24,000 nucleotides of DNA. Origin: Candidatus Aramenus sulfurataquae. GTDB lineage: Archaea; Thermoproteota; Thermoprotei_A; Sulfolobales; Sulfolobaceae. Location of the stretch: assembly GCA_000565255.1 (NCBI GenBank), contig ASRH01000005.1:2348-26347 (forward strand), read 5' to 3'. The translations under genes were made by a program, and so were the position numbers. This document shows positions 1-9,104 of this stretch, piece after piece. The notes below the pieces were generated by a model that did no database searches, was not told where the DNA came from, and was given only the letters and a program-made list of their open reading frames with translations. The first letter of the stretch is position 1, and each line of letters begins with the position of its first letter.

Positions 1-327
1 TAGGGCTACCAGCTTATGCTCCTTTGGCGAGATGCCAGCGTTTCCAGGAGAGTCCAGGGTCTCAGCCCCTTCTATTACGTTGTTTGCGACAAGGATTAGC
101 TTGTAGTCCTTAAGTGGAGGTTCAATTTCTGCTTTTCTTTTCCCTTCCCTTACCTCAAGGGAGAGGGAATCGAAGGCGTTCCAGTTAGTGTAATGCTTAA
201 GCGTTGGGGAGTCGTTGATTACTTGGTAAGGAGACTTTACGTACGTTAAAAAAAGCTCCTCCCTCTCTGCCTCGTGACCAAGCCTTTTGATGTAGTCCTT
301 GGCCGACTCCTCTTTCACTACTCCCAT
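1..327 (-). CDS. sufD: Fe-S cluster assembly protein SufD, N-terminal part (gene runs off the left edge)
   Basis: Minus-strand frame is open from ATG (325-327) to position 1, 109 codons (MGVVKEESAKDYIKRLGHEAEREELF...SPTLKHYTNWNAF...). The ATG abuts the sufB stop (328-330). Position after sufC-sufB matches the canonical sufCBD order. Not in the ORF track because it has no stop inside the window. Confidence 0.7.
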   Translation of the reverse strand, partial: MGVVKEESAKDYIKRLGHEAEREELFLTYVKSPYQVINDSPTLKHYTNWNAFDSLSLEVREGKRKAEIEPPLKDYKLILVANNVIEGAETLDSPGNAGISPKEHKLVAL

Positions 328-1767
328 TTAAGCTACAGCCCCTAATTTCTCCAACTCAAGCTTAATAATCTTGTTAAGCATTGTGGCGTACTCGAATGGC
401 AACTCCTTCATTATCTCGTCTATGAAGCCTAGCACGAGCATTGAGGTGGCCTCCTTCTCGTTTATTCCCCTGTTCATCAAGTAGAACAGCTGGTCCTCGC
501 TCATCCTGAAGGTGTGGGCCTCGTGGGCCACGTCAGCGTCGTCCTCGAATACTTGGTTGTGCGGGAAGGTGTAGGCCTTGGTCTTCTCGTCAAGCATCAA
601 GGAGTCGCACTTCACATAGGCCTTCGCCCCTGTGGCACCCTTGTTTACCCTAATTAACCCTCTGTAGATGTTGACTCCGCCGTTAAAGCCTATGTTCTTG
701 TTAACTACTTTACTCCTGGTATTTGGGGCTGCGTGGATCATCTTGGAACCGCTGTCCTTCCACTCGCCCTCACCAGAGGCCATGGTCACGACCAAGCTAG
801 TAGAGGTGGCGTTTCTCCCCCTGAGTATAGTCGAGGGGTAAACAAAGGAGTACTTTGAACCGAGCGAGCCCTCTACCCACTCGATATTGGCGTTCTCGTC
901 AGCCCACGCCCTCTTGTTGTTGAAGTTTATAACGTTCTTGCTCCAGTTCTGCACGGTGGTGAACTTTATGTGAGCATCTTTCTTTGCGTAGAGCTCTACC
1001 ATCCCGTCGTGGAAGGAGAACTTCTTAAACTGGGGGGCACTACAACCCTCAATGAAGTGGATGTAAGACCCTTCATCTGCAACTACTAGAGTGTGCTCGA
1101 ACTGGCCTTCCATCTCCGAGCCTATCACGAAGAAGCCCTCAACTGGGGTGGTTATCCTGACACCCCTTGGAACGTAGACGAACACTCCCCCGCTCCACAG
1201 AGCCCCGTGGAGGGCGGCGAACTTGTGGTCCGAAGCAGGGAAGATTTTCATGAAGTACTCCTTGATCACGTCGGGATACTTCTGAACAGCCTCTTCAGGT
1301 GGCATCATTACTACTCCCTTTTTCTTAAGCTCCTCCTTTACGTTGGAGTAAATGGGTTCAGACTCCAGGACAGCTACTAGACCCCCTAAGTACTTCTTCT
1401 CCGACTCTGGGATGCCGAGCTTGTCATAGTACTCCCTTATCTCCTTGGGTATCTCATCCCAGTTGTTGGTCTTCTCTATTCCAGGCTTTACGTAGAGCTC
1501 CAAGCTTGAAACGTCAAGGGAACCGAGGAAGTCCGGCAACCAGTTGGGAGTGGGTAGCTTCTCAAAGAGCTCCAGCGACTTTAACCTTAGCCTGAGCATC
1601 CACTCGGGCTCCTTCTTGAGCTTTGAGATCTCCTCAATCGTGCTTCTGCTTAGGCCCGAGCTTACAATTCTCCTGTGAAATTCCTTCTCGTCAAGTTTCT
1701 CGTACTTTGCATCTATCGAGGCATTAAGAATCTCGTTTATGTCCAACGAAAGCTTTTCTTCTGGCAT
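328..1767 (-). CDS. sufB: Fe-S cluster assembly scaffold protein SufB
   Basis: 479 aa. Size and the C-terminal beta-helix region with conserved stretches (FVYVPRGV, GSKMIHAAPNTRSK, HEAHTFRMSEDQLFYLMNRGI) are typical of SufB. It follows sufC directly. Confidence 0.95.
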   Translation of the reverse strand: MPEEKLSLDINEILNASIDAKYEKLDEKEFHRRIVSSGLSRSTIEEISKLKKEPEWMLRLRLKSLELFEKLPTPNWLPDFLGSLDVSSLELYVKPGIEKTNNWDEIPKEIREYYDKLGIPESEKKYLGGLVAVLESEPIYSNVKEELKKKGVVMMPPEEAVQKYPDVIKEYFMKIFPASDHKFAALHGALWSGGVFVYVPRGVRITTPVEGFFVIGSEMEGQFEHTLVVADEGSYIHFIEGCSAPQFKKFSFHDGMVELYAKKDAHIKFTTVQNWSKNVINFNNKRAWADENANIEWVEGSLGSKYSFVYPSTILRGRNATSTSLVVTMASGEGEWKDSGSKMIHAAPNTRSKVVNKNIGFNGGVNIYRGLIRVNKGATGAKAYVKCDSLMLDEKTKAYTFPHNQVFEDDADVAHEAHTFRMSEDQLFYLMNRGINEKEATSMLVLGFIDEIMKELPFEYATMLNKIIKLELEKLGAVA

Positions 1768-1818
1768 TTTGATCTTCCACCTTTAACTATGTTAAAGAAA
1801 AAATATAAACCTATGCTT

Positions 1819-2559
1819 TTAGTTCTTGATTACGCTCTCATATCCCTTCTCGTCTATGAGCCTAGCAAGGCTCATGTCCCCGGAGGAGACGATCTTTCCC
1901 TTGTAAAGCACGTGAACTTTGTCAGCGTTGAGGTAGTCCAAGATCCTCCTATAGTGAGTTATTATCAAGTACCCAGTGTTTATCTCTTTCTTAAGCTTGT
2001 TAACTATTTCTGAGATTACTCTAAGCCCATCAACGTCTACGCCCGAATCAGGCTCGTCCAAGATGGCGAACTTAGGCCTTAGGATGAGCATCTGGAGTAT
2101 TTCAGTTCTTTTCTTTTCGCCCCCGCTGAACCCCTCAAAGACGCCCCTGTTAAGTAAGGTCTCTGATACCCCAACAGTTTTTGCGTACTCCCTAATGGTC
2201 TGGAACATCTGCATTACGGAGTCGCTAGAACCCCTTACTCTGTTTAGCTCTGCTACCAAGAGGGTAGAGAGCTTTACGCCAGAGATCTCCACAGGATTCT
2301 GGAAAGCCAAGAAAAGCCCCCGCTTTACCTTCTCGTCAGTCTCCAAGTTAGTTATGTCCTCTCCGTCCAGCGTTATCCTACCCTTTGTTATCTTGTACTT
2401 GGGGTGCCCCATTATGGCCAAGGACAAGCTAGTCTTCCCAGAGCCGTTGGGGCCCATCAACGCATGTATTTCTCCGCTCTTCACCTCAAGGCTGATACCC
2501 TTAATCACTTCCTTGCCTTCTACCTCTACGTGAAGGTCTTGGATCTTAAGTACTGACAT
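1819..2559 (-). CDS. sufC: Fe-S cluster assembly ATPase SufC (ABC-type)
   Basis: 246 aa. Walker A GPNGSGKTS, ABC signature FSGGEKKR, Walker B AILDEPDSGVD. SD-like GGTGGTGA lies upstream of the ATG. Confidence 0.95.
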   Translation of the reverse strand: MSVLKIQDLHVEVEGKEVIKGISLEVKSGEIHALMGPNGSGKTSLSLAIMGHPKYKITKGRITLDGEDITNLETDEKVKRGLFLAFQNPVEISGVKLSTLLVAELNRVRGSSDSVMQMFQTIREYAKTVGVSETLLNRGVFEGFSGGEKKRTEILQMLILRPKFAILDEPDSGVDVDGLRVISEIVNKLKKEINTGYLIITHYRRILDYLNADKVHVLYKGKIVSSGDMSLARLIDEKGYESVIKN

Positions 2560-2581
2560 TTGATTTCACCACCATTTTACC

Positions 2582-3571
2582 TCATGGAGTTAAGTTTCTT
2601 TCTATCCACGGCATGTCCTCGAGGAACAAGGTACACGAAGAGTTGTCTAGGGCAGACTCCAGAGAGCTGACTAGGTCTTCCATGTAGTTGATGAGCAGCT
2701 GGTGCTTCTTCTGGTCTACAGAGCTCATGTTGGCCCTCACCTGTTTTATTATGGAGAGGCCGTTTGCGACCCTCTTTATGCTCGGGAAAAGCACTGTCAT
2801 GACCACCTCGTCCAATAGGTCGTTTATCCTCTGCAGCGACTCCTTGATTACTCCCTTTTCCACCTCTCCAAGCTCCTCTGACTTGACTACATTGTATATT
2901 TTGCTCATTAGGTTCCCGGTGTTGAGGAGAAGGATGGCATTCATGACTATGAAGAAGTTCTTTGTCATGTTCCTTGCAGTGTCGTACCTTATGCTCACTA
3001 TACGCCTCAATAACATGTAGTAAATCCTCCTTAGGTCGTCGCTGTTTGCAGGCTCTCTTGGACTTTCGCCGTTCAGGTAGGCGACTATCTCGTCCACTTT
3101 CTTCGATATAACGTTAAGCATTCTCCTCAGCAAAGACTCCAAGCCTATCTTCTCGGAGTCAAGCAGGCATTCTACCTTTATCCTGCCCTCAGATACTTCT
3201 GTTACCTCTGAACCGACCATCTGCTTTGTAACGTTTACTATTTCTTCCACGTCCTTCTGTACCAAAGGCTTTTTGGACTCGAATACGATCTCATCGTAAC
3301 CAAGGGAGTAAAGGCAAGGTATGATACCGGGCATGGGCTGTTTTAAGGAGTCTATGTCGATCTTTATTGACCTCTTGTTGGCCACGGTCTTGACCTTTTC
3401 CGCCAAGAGTTTTAACGACCCGTCTTCCGATACCTCAATGAGGATCTTGTCGCCAGGCTTGATGTTCCAACGGTTTATCCACTTCTTGGGTAAGGTGATA
3501 AACAGGGAGGATGAACCCAACTTTTGGACTTTCCTAGTCTCAATGTCCTTGGAGTTGTTTACTTCCTCCAA
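2582..3571 (-). CDS. AbrB/SpoVT-domain DNA-binding protein fused to PhoU-like helical repeats (putative transcriptional regulator)
   Basis: 329 aa. The N-terminus RKVQKLGSSSLFITLPKKWINRWNIKPGDKILIEV fits the swapped-hairpin AbrB/SpoVT pattern. The remainder is helical and PhoU-like (LLRRMLNVISKKVDEIV..., DLRRIYYMLLRRIV...). Apparent TTG start. Its stop lies 22 nt upstream of the sufC start. Confidence 0.7.
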   Translation of the reverse strand: MEEVNNSKDIETRKVQKLGSSSLFITLPKKWINRWNIKPGDKILIEVSEDGSLKLLAEKVKTVANKRSIKIDIDSLKQPMPGIIPCLYSLGYDEIVFESKKPLVQKDVEEIVNVTKQMVGSEVTEVSEGRIKVECLLDSEKIGLESLLRRMLNVISKKVDEIVAYLNGESPREPANSDDLRRIYYMLLRRIVSIRYDTARNMTKNFFIVMNAILLLNTGNLMSKIYNVVKSEELGEVEKGVIKESLQRINDLLDEVVMTVLFPSIKRVANGLSIIKQVRANMSSVDQKKHQLLINYMEDLVSSLESALDNSSCTLFLEDMPWIERNLTP

Positions 3572-3654
3572 TTTGAGTTCACAATATGTTCTATGTTAAA
3601 CGCCGTTTATAAATATGTTGCAAATCGTATATAACTGGTTATGAAAGCTTCTTT

Positions 3655-4008
3655 TTAAGATTCAGCCTTCTTTATGATAATCCTTATGAAACTTTTATTA
3701 TTTTCTACCTTTATGTCATACTTATCATATTTTTCTGGAATAGGTAGCCTCAAGGAGTACTTCCTCCCTTTCTTGTCCTGGCAGGAAAAGAGGAGACTTC
3801 TGGACTCCGCCTTTACGTAAACGGTGGAGTAGTCCACGAAGGGTACGTCAACTATGTAGTATATGGCTTCCCCTTGCTCATAAACCGTGTAAAGGGGAGT
3901 CAAGCCTTCTACGGTTCTTTGCATCTCCTCGAAGAACTTATTCATCTCCTCCTCCTGTTCTCGCATTAGCCTCTTAAATAGCTCGTAAAGGTCCCACGTG
4001 GCAGGCAT
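3655..4008 (-). CDS. small alpha-crystallin-domain (Hsp20-like) protein
   Basis: 117 aa. The pattern PLYTVYEQGEAIYYIVDVPFVDYSTVYVKAE..LLFSCQ....YSLRLPIPEKYD..DIKVENNKSFIRIIIKK follows the ACD layout (x-V-D-x-P, L-x-I segment, r-x-x-LP, final beta strand ending in K). Recognised by pattern only. Confidence 0.5.
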   Translation of the reverse strand: MPATWDLYELFKRLMREQEEEMNKFFEEMQRTVEGLTPLYTVYEQGEAIYYIVDVPFVDYSTVYVKAESRSLLFSCQDKKGRKYSLRLPIPEKYDKYDIKVENNKSFIRIIIKKAES

Positions 4009-4014
4009 CTTAGG

Positions 4015-4770
4015 TCACGTGTAGGTCATTGGCTTCCCTAGGGTATACGAGGGGAGCTCTTTCTTTGTCTGTTCCATGAGGCCCTTTATCCTCTCCCTTA
4101 TCTCCTCAGCCTGCTGTAGGAGGGAGCTCACGTCTACTTTGAAGCCTATGTACTTGGAAAGGATTTCCAGGGCTACAGCTGACGCCTCTGGGTCTGGGAG
4201 GTCAAGGAAAGACTCTACTGCTATGACGAAGTTGTCTAAGCCTGCCCTCCATGACTCCATGAGAATTGGAGCATAAGGCCCAGCTATGTAGCCATCCCCG
4301 AACTTCTCCATTAGCCCAGTCTTCTCTAGTTCTACCGAAAGTTGGGCGTTGTTGGAAATCCAGTAAGCTTTTGGCTTGTCAATCTCTAGCCTGTTCTGTA
4401 CGGGAAGGCCGGTGATCGAGATTATCTTGCTAACGTCGTACTTTTTCGAGTACTCGACGACTAGCTTCGCCAAAGGATAAATGGCGTTCGAGGGAAGGGC
4501 AGTCCATGCGTGGAATACTATTATGCCTGGCGACTGGGAGTAGTAAAGCCTTAATGGCGACTTTGCAATCCCGTCGGTAACGTGCATTATTGGGGGAATG
4601 TATTTTGTCGAGTACACCTCCCCGAACTCCTTAAGGCCGTAGTTCTCTATCAAGAACTCCGTAGTTATTGATCCAACCAGTCCTGCATCAGGAAGGCCCA
4701 CTATCAAGTAAGTGGGCTTTGAAATAGCCGGTGTAGCGTGCTCTATTACCTCAAATTCTGGGGTCATCAA
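4015..4770 (-). CDS. PAC2 (proteasome assembly chaperone 2-like) family protein
   Basis: 251 aa. The N-terminus [43 protein letters not shown] is typical of the archaeal PAC2/PbaA-B-like family. The real start is probably ATG at 4767, one codon inside the listed TTG, sharing one base with the gcvH stop. Confidence 0.65.
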   Translation of the reverse strand: MMTPEFEVIEHATPAISKPTYLIVGLPDAGLVGSITTEFLIENYGLKEFGEVYSTKYIPPIMHVTDGIAKSPLRLYYSQSPGIIVFHAWTALPSNAIYPLAKLVVEYSKKYDVSKIISITGLPVQNRLEIDKPKAYWISNNAQLSVELEKTGLMEKFGDGYIAGPYAPILMESWRAGLDNFVIAVESFLDLPDPEASAVALEILSKYIGFKVDVSSLLQQAEEIRERIKGLMEQTKKELPSYTLGKPMTYT

Positions 4771-5165
4771 TCTCCCCTTATCTTCTCACTATACTTTTCT
4801 GTAGTTAATAATTTTTCTACCTCGGCCTTGTTTGTTATCTTTAGCTTAAATATCCAGCCAGCTCCGTATGGATCCTTATTTATTAACTCCGGTTCGCTTA
4901 GGAGGTCTTCGTTTGCCTCCACTACGGTTCCGCTGAGCGGGGAGTAAATATCCGCTGCTGCCTTTACCGACTCCACAACTGCTACACTCTCCCCCATTTT
5001 CACCTCTCTTCCTATTTGTGGCAGTTCCACCCCAACTATGTCTCTGAGCTTTTTCTGGGCATAGTCAGTTATCCCCACAGTGGCTATCTCGCCTTCTATC
5101 TTTACCCACTCGTCGCTCTCGGTATAATACCTATCCTCCAATACCTCGTACTTCCCTACCTTCAT
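4767..5165 (-). CDS. gcvH: glycine cleavage system protein H (lipoyl carrier)
   Basis: 132 aa. Lipoyl-lysine motif [17 protein letters not shown] overlap with the gcvT stop. Confidence 0.95.
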   Translation of the reverse strand: MKVGKYEVLEDRYYTESDEWVKIEGEIATVGITDYAQKKLRDIVGVELPQIGREVKMGESVAVVESVKAAADIYSPLSGTVVEANEDLLSEPELINKDPYGAGWIFKLKITNKAEVEKLLTTEKYSEKIRGD

Positions 5166-6211
5166 TGCACCTTCACCAGTGGAAAGTCTGTTAACTTTAC
5201 CGAATATTTTTTACCCCTTACTTCAACATCGACGCTGTAACCTAGGACGAAGTTCCTCGAGTTCACGTAGCCCATGCCTATAACCCTTGAAAGATAAGGA
5301 GAATAGGTGGAACTAGTGACGTAACCTACTTCCTTGCCCAGAAGCTTCAGCTTGTTACCGTTCCTTGGTAACGACCTCTCTCCCTTGCCCATCTTAAATC
5401 CCACCCTCAACCTCTCGACGCCGTTGGCTAAGTACTCCTCTACTTTTCCCTTTCCTATAAAGTCCTTCTCCAACGAGAAAACCCAGTACCTAGCCTCAAC
5501 GGGGTTTACGCTTTCGTCGATGTCCTCCTCATAGAGGACGAAGCCCATCTCTTGCCTTAAGCTGTCCCTAGTGATAAGCCCTGCGGGAGTCACCCCAATA
5601 CTAATGAGTTTTTCCACGAGTCTCTTCCCTGTCTCGACGTCAGCCCAAACCTCTATCCCATCTTCCCCAGTCCACCCAGACCTGCTGAGCAGGAAGACCT
5701 TCTCTCCCATGAACTCGGCGTTGAGCTTGAAATGCAGCGGCTCTAGGTCGACCCTAGGCAAGTAGTTCCACACCTTCCTCCCTTGTATAGCGAGCATGAC
5801 GTACTTAAAGGTCAAGTCCTCTACTTCCAGCGAGGAGTTTTTTCTGATCCACTGGGTATCCTTCTCCCTGTTTACCGCGTTTGTAACTACTAGGAACTCG
5901 TCGTCAGATAGCTTGTAAACCATTACGTCGTCCACGAAACCCCCTCTGTCGTTAAGGAAGGCCGTGGGACCTATCATGACGTTGTTCTCCTTCCTTGAGA
6001 CCGTCTTGGCCACTAGGGCCTCCACTTCCGAGGTCTTCCCCTTGAGCCTTAGTCTGCCCATGTGGGAGAGGTCGAAAAATGCTGCCTCTTGCCTAACTGC
6101 CATGTGCTCCTTCTGGTACGAGGAGTACTCCATCGGCATTCTCCAACCAGCGAACTCCCCAAAACTTGCCCCCGCCTTTTCCTCCACGTCATAAAGGGGT
6201 GTACTTAACAT
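5162..6211 (-). CDS. gcvT: glycine cleavage system aminomethyltransferase T
   Basis: 349 aa. N-terminus TPLYD....GA.F.EFAGW.MP..Y and FDLSHMGRL are hallmark GcvT motifs. Adjacent to gcvH and divergent from gcvPA. Confidence 0.95.
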   Translation of the reverse strand: MLSTPLYDVEEKAGASFGEFAGWRMPMEYSSYQKEHMAVRQEAAFFDLSHMGRLRLKGKTSEVEALVAKTVSRKENNVMIGPTAFLNDRGGFVDDVMVYKLSDDEFLVVTNAVNREKDTQWIRKNSSLEVEDLTFKYVMLAIQGRKVWNYLPRVDLEPLHFKLNAEFMGEKVFLLSRSGWTGEDGIEVWADVETGKRLVEKLISIGVTPAGLITRDSLRQEMGFVLYEEDIDESVNPVEARYWVFSLEKDFIGKGKVEEYLANGVERLRVGFKMGKGERSLPRNGNKLKLLGKEVGYVTSSTYSPYLSRVIGMGYVNSRNFVLGYSVDVEVRGKKYSVKLTDFPLVKVQ

Positions 6212-6247
6212 TATTACCTATTAGATACATCTCATCAAGATATTTAT
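6212..6247. promoter_or_regulatory. compact 36-bp bidirectional promoter region between gcvT and gcvPA
   Basis: Only 36 bp separate the two divergent ATGs. An A/T box ATAAATAT (minus sense, 6238-6247) sits about 30 nt from the gcvT ATG. TTATTACCTATTA (6211-6223) sits about 30 nt from the gcvPA ATG. This spacing fits leaderless or near-leaderless archaeal transcripts. Confidence 0.4.
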
Positions 6248-7609
6248 ATGGAAATGCATCCCTGGCTTCCGAACTTAGGCGACTTGAGGGAGATGTTGAA
6301 GGAAATAGGGGTAAAGGACGTTGAGGAACTCTTCAGTGACATTCCAAAGGAGATCGTCCTTAAGAGGGAACTAAACGTAGGTTACGGCAGACCGCTATCG
6401 GAGTACGAAATCGCCAGGAGGCTTGAGGAACTGAGCGAGATGAACGCTAAATTACTTTACCCTCCCTTTCTCGGGGGCGGGGTTTGCCCCCACTACGTGC
6501 CCTATGCAGTGAAGATGATTATCTCTAGGTCAGAGTTCTACACCGCTTACACCCCCTATCAGCCAGAGGCAAACCAAGGGCTTCTGCAGGCCCTTTTCGA
6601 GTACCAGAGCTACATGGCCGAGCTACTGCAGATGGAGGTGGTGAACTCCTCCCTCTACGACTGGGGAGGGGCTTTAGCGGAGGCGATATTGATGGTCAAC
6701 AGGATAAACGGAAAAAAGAAGGTCATCGTACCAACCAACGCTAACCCAAACCACCTAAAGGTGGCTGAGACGTGGGTGAAAGGAAAGGGAATAGAGCTGG
6801 TAAAAGTGAAGTACAACGAAGAGGGAAAGATCGACGTTGAAGACTTAGAGAAAAAGCTCACAGACGACATAGGGGCTGTGTACCTGCAGACGCCCAACTT
6901 CTTTGGAGTCTTCGAAACCGAAGTAGAAGGCGTGGTGGAGCTTGCGAGGAAAAAGGGGGCCTTAACTATAATGGGCGTTAACCCCTTGGCTCTAGCCCTC
7001 ATAAAGCCCCCTGGGGAGTACAACGTTGATATAGCTATTGGAGATGCGCAGGAGCTGGGCATACCATTAAGCATGGGCGGCCCCTCTCTTGGCGTCTTTG
7101 CTACTAGGTGGGACGCAAAGTTAGTGAGGCAGATGCCAGGAAGAATAGTGGGGCTGACTAAAGACTCCTTTGGAAAAGAGGGGTTTACGTTAATCCTCCA
7201 GACAAGGGAACAGTTTGCGAGAAGGGAAAAGGCCACTTCGAACATAACCACAAACGAGGCCCTAATGGCCATAGCAGTCGCGGTCTACCTCTCCTTGTTG
7301 GGAAGGAACGGCTTAAAGGAACTTGCGGAGGAGGTCTACTTGAGGAGTCACTACGCTACTAAGTTAGTAGAAAGCAGAGGCATAGGAAAGAGGAAGTTCC
7401 TCGGGGACTTCTTTGAGGAAGTGACACTAACTTTCCCAGTCGAGTACCAAAGGATTCACGAGAAGTTGCTCAAAGCTGGTCTACACGGAGGGCTTGGGAT
7501 AGACGACTACTCCGCAGTCTTCTGCTTCACAGAAGTGCACCCCAAGAAGGCAATAGATTTGCTAGTAGAAAAGGTGGAGGAGGTGGTCAAGAATGTGGAG
7601 GCAAGCTAA
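6248..7609 (+). CDS. gcvPA: glycine dehydrogenase (decarboxylating) subunit 1
   Basis: 453 aa. N-terminal P-protein half with FLGGG...H..P and YTPYQPE..QG.LQ..FE.Q motifs. Followed by subunit 2. Confidence 0.95.
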   Translation: MEMHPWLPNLGDLREMLKEIGVKDVEELFSDIPKEIVLKRELNVGYGRPLSEYEIARRLEELSEMNAKLLYPPFLGGGVCPHYVPYAVKMIISRSEFYTAYTPYQPEANQGLLQALFEYQSYMAELLQMEVVNSSLYDWGGALAEAILMVNRINGKKKVIVPTNANPNHLKVAETWVKGKGIELVKVKYNEEGKIDVEDLEKKLTDDIGAVYLQTPNFFGVFETEVEGVVELARKKGALTIMGVNPLALALIKPPGEYNVDIAIGDAQELGIPLSMGGPSLGVFATRWDAKLVRQMPGRIVGLTKDSFGKEGFTLILQTREQFARREKATSNITTNEALMAIAVAVYLSLLGRNGLKELAEEVYLRSHYATKLVESRGIGKRKFLGDFFEEVTLTFPVEYQRIHEKLLKAGLHGGLGIDDYSAVFCFTEVHPKKAIDLLVEKVEEVVKNVEAS

Positions 7610-9104
7610 GTGGGACGAGCCATTAATTTTTGAATACAAAGAAAAGGGAAGAAGAGGGATGCTGATACCTAGGGAAGACGAGATAAGGAAAGCGGTAAGC
7701 GTTAACATCCCTGACAAGATAAGGAGGGAAAGGGAGGCAGAGTTACCGGAGTTAAGCGAACTGGAAGTGATAAGGCACTACATAAGGCTATCTCAGATGA
7801 GCTTTGGAGTAGACACAGGGATGATGCCTCTCGGCTCATGTACTATGAAGTACAACCCGAAGGTGGAGGAGCTGTCCCAGTCACTGGTTGAGAACCTCCA
7901 CCCTCTCCAAGACATCAGTACTGTCCAGGGAGCGCTAGAGATGCTTTACGAGATGCAGGAGTGGATAGCTGAGATCACGGGGATGGACAAGTGTAGTTTT
8001 CAAGTACCTGCCGGCTCCGCGGGAGAACTAGCAGGGGTCCTAATGATCAAGAAGTACCACGAGGAAAAAGGAAGGAGAAGGGACGAGATGCTCGTGGCTG
8101 ACACCGCCCACGGAACAAACCCTGCTAGTGCGGCCATGGCAGGTTTCAAGGTGGTTTACATAAAGTCCAACAACAGGGGGCTTGTGGACCTAGACATCCT
8201 CAAGGAGGTAGTAAACGAAAACGTCGCAGGATTCATGCTCACTAACCCAAATACTCTAGGCCTCTTTGAGGAGGAGATCCTGGAAATATCGAAGGTAATC
8301 CACAGCGTAGACGGAGTGCTCTACTACGACGGGGCAAACCTAAACGGAATACTTGGGGTTGCAAGGCCAGGCGATATGGGATTTGACGTAGTACACGTCA
8401 ACCTACACAAGACGTTTGCAGTACCCCACGGTGGAGGTGGGCCTGGCGCTGGAGCGATCTGCGCAAAGGGCGAGATGGCAGAATACCTGCCTTACCCCAT
8501 TGTGGAAAAGTCCAGCAAGGGCTACTCTCTCTATTACCCAAAGGAGTCCATAGGAAAGATCTCAACGTTCTTCGGTAACGTGGGCAACGTAGCTAGAGCT
8601 TATACGTATATACTGGGCTTAGGACCTCAAGGAGTTTCTGCTGTAGGCAAAATGAGCACAGTGGCTACCAATTACTTAATATCTAAGCTAAGGGGAATTA
8701 GGGGACTGGAGCTACCTTTCCCCGGCAAGTACAGAAAGCACGAAGTAGTGTTCAGTGCCAAGCCACTGATGAACGACACGGGGGTCACCGCGTTCGACGT
8801 CGCAAAGGCGCTCTTGGACAGAGGATTCTACGCCCCTACTATATACTTTCCACCTATAGTAGACGAGGCCTTAATGATAGAGCCAACTGAGACCGAGACT
8901 AGGGAGACTTTAGACAAGTTCGCAAACGCCCTAAAGGAAATCTTAGCAGAGGCTTACTCTGACCCAAAGAAAATCTCGAGTACCCCGCTCAATACCTCTG
9001 TGGGAAGACTAGACCAAGTTACGGCTAACCATCCAACCACGGTAACTCCAACCTACCTCGTGAAAAAATTAAGGGAGGAAAACAAAATAGGAGCTCTCAG
9101 ATAA
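7593..9104 (+). CDS. gcvPB: glycine dehydrogenase (decarboxylating) subunit 2 (PLP-binding)
   Basis: 503 aa. NLHKTF (PLP lysine) followed by PHGGGGPG. 17-nt overlap with gcvPA. GAGGAGGTGGT SD lies upstream of the ATG. Confidence 0.95.
   Translation: MWRQAKWDEPLIFEYKEKGRRGMLIPREDEIRKAVSVNIPDKIRREREAELPELSELEVIRHYIRLSQMSFGVDTGMMPLGSCTMKYNPKVEELSQSLVENLHPLQDISTVQGALEMLYEMQEWIAEITGMDKCSFQVPAGSAGELAGVLMIKKYHEEKGRRRDEMLVADTAHGTNPASAAMAGFKVVYIKSNNRGLVDLDILKEVVNENVAGFMLTNPNTLGLFEEEILEISKVIHSVDGVLYYDGANLNGILGVARPGDMGFDVVHVNLHKTFAVPHGGGGPGAGAICAKGEMAEYLPYPIVEKSSKGYSLYYPKESIGKISTFFGNVGNVARAYTYILGLGPQGVSAVGKMSTVATNYLISKLRGIRGLELPFPGKYRKHEVVFSAKPLMNDTGVTAFDVAKALLDRGFYAPTIYFPPIVDEALMIEPTETETRETLDKFANALKEILAEAYSDPKKISSTPLNTSVGRLDQVTANHPTTVTPTYLVKKLREENKIGALR

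Noticed and set aside
1976-2533. 185-aa plus-strand ORF, plus similar long antisense ORFs at 1093..1380, 2688..3020, 6655..7272, 9931..10281, 11110..11415, 12988..13275, 14768..15187, 16963..17289 and 18043..18378
   Set aside because: Each lies entirely inside, and antisense to, a confidently identified gene. Their products are low-complexity (S/L/P/T-rich), which is typical of shadow frames.
3606-3650. Palindromic TTTATAAATAT plus a second TATATAA box that could drive a plus-strand transcript (tiny ORF ATGAAAGCTTCTTTTTAA)
   Set aside because: The plus-strand ORF is only 5 codons and runs into the 3' end of the convergently placed ACD-like gene. The boxes are adequately explained as the promoter of the minus-strand AbrB-PhoU/suf operon.
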